Part shown: piece after piece, positions 46,800 to 56,676 of the stretch
How positions within the stretch are numbered: the first letter of the stretch is position 1
Layout: every line of letters begins with the position of its first letter
From: Candidatus Zixiibacteriota bacterium
GTDB taxonomy: Bacteria > Desulfobacterota > Binatia > UBA9968
Assembly: GCA_035574315.1 (NCBI GenBank)
Contig: DATLYW010000012.1
Coordinates: 209,741 to 273,740 of the forward strand
DNA length: 64,000 nucleotides
Direction: 5' to 3'
Made by a program: the position numbers and the translations under genes
Notes under the pieces: model-generated
What the model was told of the DNA's origin: nothing
The model's input: only the letters and a program-made list of their open reading frames with translations
Databases searched by the model: none

Positions 46800-49202
46800 A
46801 TGGCGGGATCAGCGGAACCCCTGAAATCCACGCCCCGTCTTCACGTGCCGCCCGGGGCGCTCGTCATCCTGCCCCTCCGCAATTCGGTGCTCTTCCCTTC
46901 GACCGTGATGCCCTTTATCATCGGCCGGCCGGCGAGCCTGCGGGTGGTCGAGGAGGCTGTCCGGCAGGAATTGACCATCGGCTTCGTCACTCAGCGGGAC
47001 CCGCGGGTCGAAACGCCGCGGCCCGAGGACCTCTATCCGGTCGGCACGGCCGCCGGAGTGCTGCGCATGCTCACGCTGCCCGACGGCCAGAGACAGGTGA
47101 TCGTGCAGGGGCGCCAGCGCTTCGGGATCGCCGAGTTCCTCGAAACCGATCCGTTCCTGATCGCGCGCGTCACGATGATCGAAGAGACGGTTCCGACCAC
47201 CAAGGAGTTCGAGGCGCGAGTGCTGCACCTGCGCCAGCTGGCGGCGAAGTCCCTCTCGCTGATGCCGCAGCCGATGAGCGAGCTGATCTACACCATCGAA
47301 GGCATCCAGGACCCCCGCGTCCTGATCGACATCATCGCCTCCACCCTCGACCTGCCGCCAGCGGAAAAACAGGAGATCCTGGCGACCTTCGACGTGGAGG
47401 CGCGCATCCAGAAAGTCTCCGAGAAGCTGGCGCGCCAGATCGAGCTGCTCGAGCTGACCAAGAAAATCGGCGAAGAGACCAAGGAGTCGATGGACCGGGC
47501 ACAGCGGCAATATTTCCTCCGCGAGCAGCTCAAGGCGATCCAAAGAGAGCTCGGTGAAGAAGACGGCAGGAGCGTTGAAATCGAGGAGCTGCGAAAAAAA
47601 ATCTACGAGGCCAAGATGCCTCCGGAAGTGGAGCGAGAGGCGCTTCGGGAGCTGGCGCGGCTCGAGCGCATGCCGGAGGCCGCCGCCGAATACTCGTCGC
47701 TCAGGACCTACCTCGACTGGCTGATCGAGCTGCCGTGGAACGTCACCACGCCTGAGCAGATCGATTTGGCGCGGGCGCGGGCGATCCTCGACGCCGACCA
47801 CCACGGGCTGGAAAAGGTGAAGCGCCGCATCATCGAGTTTCTCGCCGTGCGGAAGCTCAAGCCCGAGGGAAAGAGCCCCATTCTGTGCCTGGTCGGTCCG
47901 CCCGGAGTCGGGAAGACCTCACTGGGGCAGAGCATTGCACGCGCCATGAACCGCAAGTTCGTCCGCCAGAGCCTCGGCGGCGTGCACGACGAGGCCGACA
48001 TCCGCGGCCACCGGCGCACCTACGTCGGCGCGTTGCCCGGCAACATCATCCAGGGGATACGCAAGGCCGGCACCAAAAATCCCGTCTTCATGCTCGACGA
48101 GATCGACAAGCTCAGCGCGAGCTTTCACGGCGATCCGTCCGCGGCGCTGCTCGAGGTCCTCGACCCGGCGCAGAACGCCACTTTCCAGGATCACTACCTC
48201 GGCGTGCCCTTCGACCTCAGCCAGGTCCTTTTCATCGCGACGGCGAACGTCCTCGACACGATCCCCGGACCCCTGCGCGACCGCATGGAGGTGCTGGAGC
48301 TCCCGGGCTACATTGAGGAAGAGAAGCTCGCGATCGCCAAAGGATACCTGATTCCGCGCCAGATCGCCGAAAACGGCCTCAAGCCCGACGACGTGGTCTT
48401 TACCGACGAGGCCGTCCGCGGGATCATCCGCTTCTACACCCGGGAGGCCGGCGTGCGCCAGCTCGAGCGCGAGCTGGGAAGCATTTGTCGCAGCGTGGCG
48501 ACCCGGATCGCGGAAGGCTTCCAGGGAAAAGTGACCGTGACGCTCGAGTCGCTCCCGAGCTACCTGGGGCCGCACAAGTTCTTCAACGAGATTGCGCTCC
48601 GCACCAGCCTTCCGGGCGTCGCCACCGGTCTCGCCTGGACCCCCTTCGGGGGCGACATCCTGTTCATCGAGGCGACCAAGATGCCCGGCGAAGGGCATCT
48701 GATCCTTACGGGCCAGCTCGGCGAGGTCATGAAAGAAAGCGCCCAGGCCGCCCTGAGCCTCGTCAAGTCGCGCGCCGAGGCCCTGGGAATCGATCCCGAT
48801 ACCTTCAAGCGCCACGATCTGCACGTTCACATACCCGCCGGCGCGATTCCCAAGGACGGGCCGAGCGCCGGCGTCACGCTGTTCGTCGCCCTTGTCTCCC
48901 TGCTCACCGGCCGGCGGGTGAGCAAGGACGTGGCCATGACGGGGGAAATCAGCCTGAGAGGCCTGGTGTTACCGGTGGGAGGAATCAAGGAGAAGGTCCT
49001 GGCGGCCAAGCGGGCGGGCATCCGCTGTGTTCTGCTTCCCGACCTCAACCGCAACGACATGGAGGAGATTCCTTCCTCGGCGCGCGAGGGTATCCGGTTC
49101 GAGTTCCTCAAGACCGTGGACGAGGCCCTGCAGCTGGCGCTGGAACCCGAAGTCGCGGAAGAGCCCACCGAGGAGCGGCCCGAGGCGCCCCCGCTCGCTT
49201 GA
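46800..49202 (+). CDS. lon: ATP-dependent protease La (LonA)
   Basis: LON N-domain (LPLRNSVLFP), GPPGVGKTS, LDEIDK, PKDGPSAG, GGIKEKVLAA. Confidence 0.97.
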   Translation: MAGSAEPLKSTPRLHVPPGALVILPLRNSVLFPSTVMPFIIGRPASLRVVEEAVRQELTIGFVTQRDPRVETPRPEDLYPVGTAAGVLRMLTLPDGQRQVIVQGRQRFGIAEFLETDPFLIARVTMIEETVPTTKEFEARVLHLRQLAAKSLSLMPQPMSELIYTIEGIQDPRVLIDIIASTLDLPPAEKQEILATFDVEARIQKVSEKLARQIELLELTKKIGEETKESMDRAQRQYFLREQLKAIQRELGEEDGRSVEIEELRKKIYEAKMPPEVEREALRELARLERMPEAAAEYSSLRTYLDWLIELPWNVTTPEQIDLARARAILDADHHGLEKVKRRIIEFLAVRKLKPEGKSPILCLVGPPGVGKTSLGQSIARAMNRKFVRQSLGGVHDEADIRGHRRTYVGALPGNIIQGIRKAGTKNPVFMLDEIDKLSASFHGDPSAALLEVLDPAQNATFQDHYLGVPFDLSQVLFIATANVLDTIPGPLRDRMEVLELPGYIEEEKLAIAKGYLIPRQIAENGLKPDDVVFTDEAVRGIIRFYTREAGVRQLERELGSICRSVATRIAEGFQGKVTVTLESLPSYLGPHKFFNEIALRTSLPGVATGLAWTPFGGDILFIEATKMPGEGHLILTGQLGEVMKESAQAALSLVKSRAEALGIDPDTFKRHDLHVHIPAGAIPKDGPSAGVTLFVALVSLLTGRRVSKDVAMTGEISLRGLVLPVGGIKEKVLAAKRAGIRCVLLPDLNRNDMEEIPSSAREGIRFEFLKTVDEALQLALEPEVAEEPTEERPEAPPLA

Positions 49203-49212
49203 GGCCGCGCCG

Positions 49213-51861
49213 TCAGGCGTGGGCGTCGGCCCAGTTCCGGGCCACGTGGATTTCCACCGCGAGCCCGCAGCGCAGCTCCGCCGCGTGTGTCATCTCCTGC
49301 TCGATCAGCGCGCGCGCCCGCTCGAGCCTTTCCTCGGGAATCTCGAACACCAGCTCGTCGTGCACGGTGAGAAGCATTTTCCCGACCGGCTCGCGCCGCA
49401 GCGCGGAGTCCACGCGGATCATGGCCTGCTTCAGGATGTCGGCGGCGCTTCCCTGGATCGGCGTGTTCAGCGCCATGCGTTCTCCCAGCGCCCGCAGGCG
49501 GAAATTGGCCGAGTTGAGCTCCGGCAGGTAGCGCCGGCGCCCGAACATGGTGGTGGTGAAGCCGTTGATCCTGGCCTGCTCGACCTGCGTTCGCAGAAAG
49601 TCCTTGACCTTCGGAAACTGGGCGTAATAGGCGTCGATGAACTCCTCCGCGACGTCGAGCTCGACGCCCAGGCGCTGCGAGACGCCGAACGCCGACATGC
49701 CGTAGGCGATCCCGTAGGAGAACTGCTTGACGGCGCTGCGCATCTCGGGGGTCACTTCGGAGAGCGCCACGCCGTAGACCTTGGCGGCGATCGCCGCATG
49801 AAAGTCGCGGCCGTGCGCGAACGCCTCGAGGAACTGCTCGTCTCCCGAGAGATGCGCCAGCACGCGCAGCTCGATCTGCGAATAATCCGCCGACAGCAGC
49901 ACGTGGCCCGCCGGCGCGATGAAAGCCCGGCGGATCTGCCGGCCGGTCTCGCCGCGAATCGGAATGTTCTGCAGGTTGGGAGCGGTCGAAGACAGCCGGC
50001 CGGTCGCGGCGGTCGTCTGCTCGTAGGTGGTGTGGATGCGCTGCGTGCGCGGGTCGATCAGGCCGAGCAGCGCTTCGGTGAAGCCGGTCCGCAGCTTCGC
50101 CACCTCGCGGTACTCGAGCAAGCAGCCGACGATCGGATGGGCGCCTGCGATTTTTTCCAGCTCCGCCGCGTCCGTCGAGTACCCGGTCTTGATCCTCTTG
50201 GTTTTGGGCAGCCCGAGCTTCTCGAACAGAATCCGCTGCAGCTGGGGATTCGAGTTGACGTTGAACCGCTCTCCCGCGAGCTCCTGGACCCTTTGCTCGA
50301 GCGCGCTCATTTTCTCGCGGAACTCCGCGTTGAGCTTCTCGAGATAAGCGCGGTCCACCAGAATCCCCTCGTGCTCCATGCGTGCCAGGACCCCGACCAG
50401 GGGAAACTCGAGGCGCACGGCCAGCTCCCAGAGCTCGCGGCTGCGGAGCTGGCTTTCCAGGACCCCAGCCAGCGAGCGAACCGCAACCGCCTCCCGGCAG
50501 ACGCGGCCTCGCTCCTGCTCGGGGAACGCGAGGGAGGGTTGCTCCGCGGCGCTCCCGACGCCTTCCTCCTCGAGCGTAACGCCCAGATAGCGGCCGACCG
50601 TTTCCCCGAGGCTGTAACCTCGTGCCAGACCCGGCTCGAGCAGATAGGCAGCGATCTTGGTGTCGCAGCGCAGTCCCCGCAGCTCGATGCCCGCAGCCAG
50701 CGCCGCGCGGCAGAGAGGCTTGGCGTCGTGCGCGATCTTTTCCCGGCGCGGGTCCTCGAGAAAATCCTTCAGCCCGGCGAGCGCCTCGGGAAAACGCGCG
50801 ACGCGCGCTTCGCCCGCGGCACTGGAGGCCGCGATCCAGTTCGCGCTCCAGGCGAGCGCGACCGGGCCCTCGCCCAGCTCGCGGCCCGGGCCGAGATCTC
50901 CGACCGATCGGAGCTCCACCGAATCCGAAACGTCCGGGGCCGGATCCTTGAGCTCCTTAAGGCGCTCGTGCAGCGTGCGAAACTCCAGCGCCGTAAAGAG
51001 CCTGCGGACCTCCTCGTCGTCCCACGGCTCGAGGCGCAGGCTCGCCGGCTCCGTCTCCAGCGGCACGTCGTCCCGAAGCCGCCCCAGCTCCTTGTTGAGG
51101 CGCACCTGCTCCGCGTGCGCCTTGACCGCGTCCCTGAGCTTCGGGGTCAGCTCGTCGGCATGGGCGATCACCTGCTCGATGTCGCCGTACTTGGCGATCA
51201 GCTGCGCGGCGGTCTTGTCGCCGATCCCGGGAACGCCCGGGAGATTATCCGAGCTTTCTCCCTTGAGCGCGACGAAGTCGATCCATTTTTCCGGCGGCAC
51301 GCCGTACCGCTCGGCGACCCCGGCCGCGTCGTAGCGGGTCACGTCCGTGATCCCGCGCCGCGTCATCACTACGGACACGCCGTCGCGCACGAGCTGCAGG
51401 ATGTCGCGATCGCCGGTCACGATCACCACCTCGGAGCCCTCCTCGCGACAGCGGCGCGTCAGGGTGGCGAGCAGATCGTCCGCCTCGTAGCCTTCGAGCT
51501 CCAGTGCGGGAATCCGCAGCGCCTGGAGCACCTCGCGGATGAGCGGCAGCTGTTGCCGGAAGGCGTCGGGGGCTTCCGCCCGCCCGGCCTTGTAGTGCTC
51601 ATAGCGCTCGAGCCGAAACTGCGGCGCTCCTTTATCGAAACAGACCACGACCGCGTCGGGTTGCTCCTCGGCCATGAGCTTGATGAGCATCGAGGTGAAG
51701 CCGTAAACCGCGTTGGTGACCTGGCCCGAAGAGGTAACCAGCGTCTCCGGCAGGGCGAAAAAGGCGCGATAGGCGAGCGAATGACCGTCGAGCAGGAGGA
51801 CCTTGCGCCGCCCCTTCGCGCTTCCTGCCGCAGGCGTCGCGTTCTTGTTCTTTGCGGCCAC
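49213..51861 (-). CDS. polA: DNA polymerase I
   Basis: 5' nuclease (LLDGHSLAYRAFFA, EADD, GDRD, GESSDNLPGVPGIG.KTA), motif A DYSQIELR, motif B KQFSYGIAYG, motif C VHDEL; the 3'-5' exonuclease domain looks degenerate. Confidence 0.97.
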   Translation of the reverse strand: MAAKNKNATPAAGSAKGRRKVLLLDGHSLAYRAFFALPETLVTSSGQVTNAVYGFTSMLIKLMAEEQPDAVVVCFDKGAPQFRLERYEHYKAGRAEAPDAFRQQLPLIREVLQALRIPALELEGYEADDLLATLTRRCREEGSEVVIVTGDRDILQLVRDGVSVVMTRRGITDVTRYDAAGVAERYGVPPEKWIDFVALKGESSDNLPGVPGIGDKTAAQLIAKYGDIEQVIAHADELTPKLRDAVKAHAEQVRLNKELGRLRDDVPLETEPASLRLEPWDDEEVRRLFTALEFRTLHERLKELKDPAPDVSDSVELRSVGDLGPGRELGEGPVALAWSANWIAASSAAGEARVARFPEALAGLKDFLEDPRREKIAHDAKPLCRAALAAGIELRGLRCDTKIAAYLLEPGLARGYSLGETVGRYLGVTLEEEGVGSAAEQPSLAFPEQERGRVCREAVAVRSLAGVLESQLRSRELWELAVRLEFPLVGVLARMEHEGILVDRAYLEKLNAEFREKMSALEQRVQELAGERFNVNSNPQLQRILFEKLGLPKTKRIKTGYSTDAAELEKIAGAHPIVGCLLEYREVAKLRTGFTEALLGLIDPRTQRIHTTYEQTTAATGRLSSTAPNLQNIPIRGETGRQIRRAFIAPAGHVLLSADYSQIELRVLAHLSGDEQFLEAFAHGRDFHAAIAAKVYGVALSEVTPEMRSAVKQFSYGIAYGMSAFGVSQRLGVELDVAEEFIDAYYAQFPKVKDFLRTQVEQARINGFTTTMFGRRRYLPELNSANFRLRALGERMALNTPIQGSAADILKQAMIRVDSALRREPVGKMLLTVHDELVFEIPEERLERARALIEQEMTHAAELRCGLAVEIHVARNWADAHA

Positions 51862-51903
51862 GCGCGTACTCTACCGGTCTGCGGCGCGTCCGGCAACGGC
51901 GCT

Positions 51904-53436
51904 TCAGAGAACCTCTTGCGGGAGCAAGGCGGCGGGATCGCGGATTGTCTTGCCCGAGGCGGTCCGGGGCAGCGACTCTCGGATGACGATCCGCTGCGGC
52001 ACCTTGAAGGTCGCCAGATTGGCTCGGAGGAAAGCGAGCAGCTCCTTCTCGGCGATGCGCGCGCCCGGGCGGGGAACCACCGCGGCGCCGATGGTGACGC
52101 CGCGCTTTTCATCGGGAATCGGGAAGACCACCGCCTCCTGCACCTCCGGATAGTTGTAGATCATGTTCTCGACCTCGGCCGGGTAGACGTTCAGCCCCCC
52201 GGTGATCATCATGTCGTCGCGCCGCCCGAGGTGGTAGTAGTAGCCGCTCGGCTCCCGAACGCCGACGTCGCCGGTGTAGAGCCAGCCGCCGCGAATCCGG
52301 GCCGCGGTCGCTTCCGGCTTGCGGAAATAGCCCTTCATCACGTGGGGTCCCCGGGTGATGATCTCCCCGGCCTCCCCGTCGGGCAGCTCGGCGCCGCTTT
52401 CGTCGACGATCTTGACCTCGACCCCCGGAACCGGGCGGCCGATGCTGCCCATCTTCGCCGCCGCCTGCTCGGGCTCTACGATCGTGATCAGCGGCGAGGT
52501 TTCCGTCAGACCGTAGCCCTGGATCACCTTGACGTGGGGCTGGGCGGCGTGAAAGGCCCGAAGCAGCGGCACCGGCACCGTCGTTCCCATCATCGCCGCG
52601 ACGCGGACGCTGCTCGTGTCGTACTCCGCGAGGTTGCGCACCCCGAGCAGCAGCTGAAAGACCACCGGCACGCCTTCGAAGACCGAGATGCGGTGGCGTT
52701 GAATCCCCTCGAGCAGCGCCACCGGATTGAGCTGATCGAAAATCACCAGGGTGTAGCCGCGCACGGCCAGCTCGTTGCAGACGATCGGGCCGACGATGTG
52801 CGACATCGGCAGGACGCAGCCGCGCACCGTGTCCGAATCCGTGATCCCCAGCGCCGCCATCACGCGCGGATACTGCGCCAGGTTTTCGTAGCTCAACACC
52901 ACTCCCTTCGGCTCACCGGTGGTGCCCGAGGTGTAGAGGATCAAGGCGTCGTCCTCCGGGGACGGATGCGGCAAGCGCAGCTCGCCCGCCGGAGTGGCCC
53001 ACCGCCTCTCGAAGCTCCGCTCGCCCTCGCCCTGCACCACCCATACCGGCGCCGCGCCGCCGATCGCCTCCTCGGTTTCCTGAAAGAGCTGGTGCTGGAT
53101 CACGAGGAGCTTCAGATCCGCGTCGCGAAGCACCCCCTGCAGCTCCCGGCCGCGCAGCCGCGCGTCCAGGATGACGGTCACCGCGCCGATCTTCTGCGTC
53201 GCGTAGTAGGCGAGCGGGATCGCGGTGGAGTTCGGCAGGAGCACGCCGACGCGATCGCCCGGGCGGATCCCTTCACGCTGCAAATAACCGGCGAGAGCGT
53301 GTACGCGCCGGTTGAGCTCGGCGAAGCTCAGCGCTTCCTGTTTCGCGACCAGCGCCGTCTTCTGCGGCCGGCGGGCCGCCGTCCGCTCCAGCTCCTCGCC
53401 CGCGAAGAAACCTACTCGATCGGTATCCTTCTCCAT
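51904..53436 (-). CDS. Long-chain acyl-CoA ligase family (class I adenylate-forming) enzyme
   Basis: YTSGTTGEPKG, GYGLTET, WLYTGD, GR.DDM.ITGG.NVYP.EVE, FKVP, PRTASGK. Confidence 0.92.
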   Translation of the reverse strand: MEKDTDRVGFFAGEELERTAARRPQKTALVAKQEALSFAELNRRVHALAGYLQREGIRPGDRVGVLLPNSTAIPLAYYATQKIGAVTVILDARLRGRELQGVLRDADLKLLVIQHQLFQETEEAIGGAAPVWVVQGEGERSFERRWATPAGELRLPHPSPEDDALILYTSGTTGEPKGVVLSYENLAQYPRVMAALGITDSDTVRGCVLPMSHIVGPIVCNELAVRGYTLVIFDQLNPVALLEGIQRHRISVFEGVPVVFQLLLGVRNLAEYDTSSVRVAAMMGTTVPVPLLRAFHAAQPHVKVIQGYGLTETSPLITIVEPEQAAAKMGSIGRPVPGVEVKIVDESGAELPDGEAGEIITRGPHVMKGYFRKPEATAARIRGGWLYTGDVGVREPSGYYYHLGRRDDMMITGGLNVYPAEVENMIYNYPEVQEAVVFPIPDEKRGVTIGAAVVPRPGARIAEKELLAFLRANLATFKVPQRIVIRESLPRTASGKTIRDPAALLPQEVL

Positions 53437-54398
53437 AGCGCAAACGCCCTCTGAAATGGTTTGTACCAGCGGGAAAGCCGCGCCAGCTCGCCGCGGCGCA
53501 GCTCGAGCTTTCCCTGCTGCGTCGCGAGGAACGGATCGATCCTGCCGCAAAAGACCGCCCGCCACCACTCCGCCTTTCCGCCGATCAGGAACTCCCCGTC
53601 GCTCCTCTCGCGCAGACCGCGGATTTCGCCGTGGGCGAAATCGACCGTCCATGCGGCTGCGGTGTCGTCGAGGCGGAGGGTGAGAGAGGTCGTCAGATCC
53701 GTCCGTTCCCCTTCGGCCCGGAATTCCGGGTCGCTGTTGGCGGTCGCGACGAGCGCTTCCATGTGCGCGCGCGAAAACAGCGCGTGTGCCGGTCCCGCCG
53801 AGGCCGGCGGCTCCGCCTCGGCGCCCGCCGACGGCTCTGTCCCGTTCAGGCGCTCGTTGAAGAACTGGCAGCGAACCGCTTCCTCCAGGAGATCCGTGTA
53901 GAGAAAGGCCTCCTCCAGGCTTCTTGCGGCGGCGACGGTACCGTGACCCTTCAGAATCGCGATCGGGCCGTACTTGAGCGCCTCCACCAGCGCTTCAGGC
54001 TCGGTCACGGTCGGCGTTTCCTGCGGGATCACCGGCACGCGGCCGATGGTGTACTTCTCCTCGAAGCTCGCCGGGATGAAATGGCTCCGGGCGAGCGAGA
54101 AGGCCACCACCGCCGGAGGATGCGCGTGAACGACCGCCTGGGCGCCGCACCCCTGATAGACCGCCAGGTGCATCGGCGTCTCGCTCGAGGCGCGGCGGTT
54201 TTTCGCCCGCGTTTTTCCGGTCTCGTCGATGCGCACGAGATCGCGCGGGGTGAGAAATCCGAGCGGGGCGTGCTGCGCGGTGATCAGGAACTCGCGCCGG
54301 CCGAGGCGCCGGCTGAGGTTTCCGCCCCAACCGCTTACCAGCCGGCGCTCGAAGAGAAGCCTGCCCCAGCGGATCATTTCGCGCTCCGCCGCGTTCAC
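53412..54398 (-). CDS. Class II aldolase (FucA/MtnB/Ald2-like) fused to C-terminal SCP2 lipid-binding domain
   Basis: GTG start with GGAGGAG; GGNLSRR, SSETPMH, HAH, GHG; after an Ala/Pro linker an SCP2-like tail (W..VF.G.IDPF.A..QGKL.L..G). Confidence 0.85.
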   Translation of the reverse strand: MNAAEREMIRWGRLLFERRLVSGWGGNLSRRLGRREFLITAQHAPLGFLTPRDLVRIDETGKTRAKNRRASSETPMHLAVYQGCGAQAVVHAHPPAVVAFSLARSHFIPASFEEKYTIGRVPVIPQETPTVTEPEALVEALKYGPIAILKGHGTVAAARSLEEAFLYTDLLEEAVRCQFFNERLNGTEPSAGAEAEPPASAGPAHALFSRAHMEALVATANSDPEFRAEGERTDLTTSLTLRLDDTAAAWTVDFAHGEIRGLRERSDGEFLIGGKAEWWRAVFCGRIDPFLATQQGKLELRRGELARLSRWYKPFQRAFALWRRIPIE

Positions 54399-55918
54399 TC
54401 CTCCCCTCCCGCCCCGCCGCGCAGCACGGCCCACGGCAGAGCGTCGTTCTCGACGGCGTAGATCGAGGCCCCTTCGGGACAGACCCGCGACCCCAGAAAG
54501 GTCGCGACGTCGCGGTCCGCCGCCTGCGCTTGATCTTCACCCGCCTCGATCAACTCGACGGCGACGCCGTGCAGCCGGGCGAGCTGCGCCGCGAGCAACG
54601 CCCCGCAAGGCGCAACCACGCCCCGCTCGTTCATGGCCTGGTAGAAAAGGTAGACCTTGGCGATCTCTCCGGCAGAAAAAAGCGCTCCCATCATGGCGTC
54701 CGAGATCAGCGCCGTCGGCACGCCGCGACGAAGGAGCGCGGGGACCGCCTGACGAGCCCCCCGCAACTCCGGCCGCATCTCGGCAACGAGCACGTTCTCG
54801 GCCTCCTCCGCCTTGAGCGCGTGGCGGAGAAAAGAGCAGCCGCTTTCGCCCGGCACGCCGTAAACCAGCAGGTAGCGCGCCGCCCCTGGCCGCTGCCCCG
54901 CGTCCGAACAAGACCCTGCGTACCGGAGCCGAAATTCCGCCGGGCTCAAGACCCCCTCGAAGGTCACGAACGAGGTGATCAGCTCGCCCGGGGTAATGTC
55001 GAACGCCGGGTAGCGCACCGCCACCGCGGCGCCTTCGGCGGGCACTACCGGCCGGCCCTGAAACGTGAGCAGCTCGCTTCCCGGCCGCTCCTCGATCGGC
55101 GCATCGCCGCCGCGCTCGAGGCCGCGCGGCTCCTGCACCAGAGCGTAGAACGGGATCCGATACTCCCGCGCCATCAGCGCCAGCGGATAGGTCCCGACCT
55201 TGTTGACGATGTCGCCGTTGCGCGCGACGCGATCCGACCCGACCAGCACACAGTTGACCGCGCCCCTGGCCATCGCCTGCGCGACGGCGCAGTCCGGGAT
55301 AACCGCGACATCGATGCCGGCGCGCGCGAGCTCCCAGGCGGTCAGCCTGGAGCCCTGGAGATACGGACGGGTTTCGGTCGCCATCACCGAAAAATCCTTC
55401 CCCGCCGCGCGCGCCGCCGCGGCCACGGCCACCAGCTCCCCGCTGATGTTGCAGTGGGTGAGCACCCGCGCGGACTCGGGCAGAAGGGCGGCCGCGTGCC
55501 TCGCTCTGGCGCGACGGGCCTCGACGATTTGCGCCGCGAAGCGCCGGGCCTCGCCCGCCACCCATTCCCCGGCTCCGGCTTTCGGCCAGCGCTCGAACGA
55601 GCTTTCCAGGACTGCGGCGAGCCCGGCGAAATCGAACGTCGGCCGGGCCGCGCGAAACCGTTCCGTCATCGCGCCGAGCCTTTCCCGGAGCGACTCCGGA
55701 TCGCCCCCGTGGGCCTGCCCGAGCAACGCCGCGCTGTAGAGAAACGCGAGCACCTGCCCGAACGCCCGGGTCTTCATCTCGCGCACGGCGTCCACCGCTT
55801 CCCCGATCTCCCGCACGCGCAGATAGGCGATGCGCTCCGGCAGAGCCGTCTCGTCGAGAATCCTGAACCCGTCTCCGTCCCAGAGGACGGGCTCGAACAG
55901 AGGGCTTTCAGCGGTCAT
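54395..55918 (-). CDS. MtnA-like ribose-1-phosphate isomerase (eIF2B-alpha fold) with duplicated C-terminal domain
   Basis: ILDETALP, MKTRA, RPT, THCN, ETRPYLQGSRLTAWEL, GSDRVARNGDIVNKVGTY, IEER, PAFDITP, then a second degenerate copy (VAEMRPELRGAR...). Confidence 0.85.
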   Translation of the reverse strand: MTAESPLFEPVLWDGDGFRILDETALPERIAYLRVREIGEAVDAVREMKTRAFGQVLAFLYSAALLGQAHGGDPESLRERLGAMTERFRAARPTFDFAGLAAVLESSFERWPKAGAGEWVAGEARRFAAQIVEARRARARHAAALLPESARVLTHCNISGELVAVAAAARAAGKDFSVMATETRPYLQGSRLTAWELARAGIDVAVIPDCAVAQAMARGAVNCVLVGSDRVARNGDIVNKVGTYPLALMAREYRIPFYALVQEPRGLERGGDAPIEERPGSELLTFQGRPVVPAEGAAVAVRYPAFDITPGELITSFVTFEGVLSPAEFRLRYAGSCSDAGQRPGAARYLLVYGVPGESGCSFLRHALKAEEAENVLVAEMRPELRGARQAVPALLRRGVPTALISDAMMGALFSAGEIAKVYLFYQAMNERGVVAPCGALLAAQLARLHGVAVELIEAGEDQAQAADRDVATFLGSRVCPEGASIYAVENDALPWAVLRGGAGGEE

Positions 55919-55940
55919 GGCTTCACGGCGCGCCCCGAAC

Positions 55941-56675
55941 TCAGAGGTGGCCTACGGCGCGCCGCGCAACCTCCAGGATCTTCTCTTCCGCGGCGAGAAA
56001 CGCGGGGTCGCGAAAGCCGAACCGCGCGTGCAGGCACTCATCGGAGACGGCGAGAATCGCGCCCGCTTTCTTTTGGCGCACCTGGGCGACCGTGAGAAAC
56101 GCTGACGTCACCATGTCGATCCCCGCTACTCCCTGGGCGTTGAGTTGCTCGATGAGCTCCGGGGTCTCCTGAAAGAGCGCATCGATCGTGAAGATCGAGC
56201 CCGTATGGCAGCGCAACCCCAGGCTCGCCGCCGCCTCGGTCAGGGCGCGCACGACTCCCGGATCGGCCTTGGTGGCGAAGCCGTCGGGAACGTAGTAGCG
56301 GCTGGTTCCCTCCCCGCGCAGCGCTCCGGTGACGATGATCACATCTCCGACCCGGATTCCCTCCTGCAGCGAGCCGCAGCTCCCGACTCGAATCAGCCAC
56401 TCGGCGCCGGCGGCGCAGAGAATTTCCGCCGTGATCGCGCTGTCCGGCGCGTAGCGTCCTCCGTTTCCCACGGTGACACGCCTGCCCTCCAGCTCGCCGG
56501 TGTGCATCTCGTAATCGAGAAACGTGAAGTTCTTCACCGGCCGCTCCAGGCTTCGGAGCAACGCCTGGCTTCGCTCGCGGGGACCGGGGACGAGGGCGTA
56601 CGGCCCGAGCGAGTCCTTCTTGAGACCGAGAAGCGAGAGCATGCGCTCGGGCGTGAAATGAGGCTCGGCCAGCAT
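55941..56675 (-). CDS. Nucleoside phosphorylase (uridine/purine phosphorylase, PNP_UDP_1 family)
   Basis: ATG 56675; LVPGPRER, IRVGSCGSL, GDVII.TGA.RGEGTS..Y, G.IFTIDALF.ET, IDM.TSA...V. Confidence 0.88.
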   Translation of the reverse strand: MLAEPHFTPERMLSLLGLKKDSLGPYALVPGPRERSQALLRSLERPVKNFTFLDYEMHTGELEGRRVTVGNGGRYAPDSAITAEILCAAGAEWLIRVGSCGSLQEGIRVGDVIIVTGALRGEGTSRYYVPDGFATKADPGVVRALTEAAASLGLRCHTGSIFTIDALFQETPELIEQLNAQGVAGIDMVTSAFLTVAQVRQKKAGAILAVSDECLHARFGFRDPAFLAAEEKILEVARRAVGHL

Positions 56676-56676
56676 G

